From Chiloscyllium plagiosum (lineage: Eukaryota), in assembly GCF_004010195.1 (NCBI RefSeq), contig NC_057719.1, forward strand, positions 16,417,929 through 16,481,928: a DNA stretch of 64,000 bases. The letters are read 5' to 3'. Every line of letters begins with the position of its first letter. Position 1 is the first letter of the stretch. The notes beneath the pieces were generated by a model, which saw only the letters and a program-made list of their open reading frames with translations, was not told the DNA's origin and did not search any database. Positions 62,640 through 64,000 of the stretch are shown here, piece by piece. The position numbers and the translations under genes were made by a program.

Positions 62640-63200
62640 AACTTAATGACACTATATTCTTGTTTTGGTGCCGAGTCTCCTGTGGGCATGGTGGAATCTC
62701 TGAGAGATACCTCCTCAAGACTGGAGGGGAGGAGGAGGAGGAGACAGAGGAGCCAACAGTCACATGGTGTGGAGGAAGGAGGCCAACCTGCTGAGGAACA
62801 AGGGGCTGCAGGCATACAGGTGCAGATAAAAGGCATATAAACTGCCCATGGTGTATAAAGGGTGAATATGTCATATCTGCAGTGATTTCATGCCTTGCAA
62901 GTCCCTGAGAGAGCATTCAATTGTGTGCATGGCCATTTGATATCTGTGACATTAAAAGTGCTTCTAGCTGTGAACCTCTACGACTCCAGGTCAGTAAGAG
63001 CTGGCTATGGAGACCTGAGTGGGACAAACTACTCTGGAACACACAACCGTATAAAGCTTTCAACAAATATAATACTTTTTTGCCATAGTCATCAATTCGT
63101 TAACTTCAATGTAGACAACAGCGATCACATGGAAGGAGGAGTTTCCCAAGAATGCAAGATGTCATTTATTATATCCATGTCCCCATCATGACACCAACTC
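62640..63200 (+). mobile_element. PIF/Harbinger transposase relic
   Basis: ORF 62895..63191 GHLISVTLKVLLAVNLYDSRSVRAGYGDLSGTNYSGTHNRIK resembles the Harbinger helix-turn-helix segment (VAVKVTVALNFFASGSFQ...GDL.GISQS..H..I). Confidence 0.5.
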
Positions 63201-63454
63201 AACAGTCAAGGGTTATAAGTAGAAATGTGTACCACTCCAGCAACAGCCAATAGTTTTCAACCGCCAAAAGACACCACGTAGGTGTGTGCAAGGGAGCACC
63301 TTGACTCTTGCATCCTTAGGAACTCCCAGGTGCCATGAATGTTTTCTGTGATGGATGCTGCTGATTGATAGAGGCCACCCTGTGAAGAGGTGACTCATGA
63401 TGTCTAAACATACTTAAACCAAGAGCCATTATTACCCAAGTCAGAATCATGCCA

Positions 63455-64000
63455 CAAATGGTAATGTTGAAGGACAGATGGACTTAGGGGTTTGGTTACA
63501 TAATTCTTTGAAATTTGTGTCACAGGTAGACAGATTGGTTAAAAGGTATTTAGCACGTTTGCTTTCATTGCTCAATGCTTCCATTGTAGGAGTTGAGAAG
63601 TCATGTTGAGGTTGTACAGGACATTAGTGAGACTCCTGGAGTACCGTGTTGACTTCTGGTCACCCAGTTAGAGGAAAGATATTAATAAGCTAGAGAGGAT
63701 TCAGAAGAGATTTACCAGGATGTTATCAAGTATGGAAGGCTTGAGCTATAAAGAAAGGTTGTATAGGCTATGAGTTTTTTCACTGGAGCATAGGAGGTTG
63801 AGGGGTGAACTTATAGAGGTATATAAAGTCATAAGGGGTACACATAGGTAAATGGTAGTTGTCTTTTCTCTAGGATGGGTATTTCAAGACCATGAGGCAC
63901 ATTTTTAAGGTGAGAGGAGAGAGATTTAAAAAAGGTTGATGTGCAAATTCTTTACACAGGGGATGGTTCGCATGTGGAATGAACCTCCTGAGGAAGTGAT
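63455..64000 (+). mobile_element. CR1 LINE 3' portion, runs off the window edge
   Basis: ttgtacaggacattagtgagactcctggagtac...ttcagaagagatttaccagg is CR1 RT C-terminal sequence. Confidence 0.8.

Noticed and set aside
62387..62836. 149-aa minus-strand ORF
   Set aside because: Antisense reading of a purine-rich transposon relic, low complexity, with no splice or homology support.
42120..64000. Search for exons of ATXN3 or other genes that neighbour TRIP11 in mammals
   Set aside because: No recognisable UIM, Josephin or other coding exon was found by eye on either strand. Short or diverged exons cannot be excluded without tBLASTn.

Overview
Vertebrate genomic DNA, almost certainly a shark or other elasmobranch, judged from HE1-type V-SINEs, abundant CR1 LINEs and Penelope-like elements. 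The only host protein gene I can support is TRIP11 (GMAP-210 golgin) on the minus strand. It has a CpG-island promoter and first exon at about 41.4-42.1 kb, and coding exons 1-9 read down to 2666 in one continuous frame (about 426 codons); the gene continues beyond the left edge. The rest is mostly transposon-derived: CR1 fragments in both orientations, a Rex1/Babar-type LINE, Penelope-like (GIY-YIG) elements, HE1 and Deu-domain SINEs, a solo LTR, a TA-flanked MITE and a Harbinger relic. Most notable observations: (1) at least four Penelope-related repeat families carry minimal hammerhead-ribozyme motifs with covarying helices, often in short fold-back insertions with 11-16 bp TSDs, and one intact motif lies in the sense strand of TRIP11 intron 1; (2) the TRIP11 exon 5 acceptor reads GG at the homologous position, with an in-frame AG 9 nt downstream; (3) a perfect 284-bp direct repeat brackets the in-frame exon 4; (4) there are uORF/YY1-type ATGs in the TRIP11 leader region and candidate exons of a divergent non-coding transcript. 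Repeat boundaries are approximate unless TSDs are given. No database searches were run, and comparisons to human TRIP11 are from memory.
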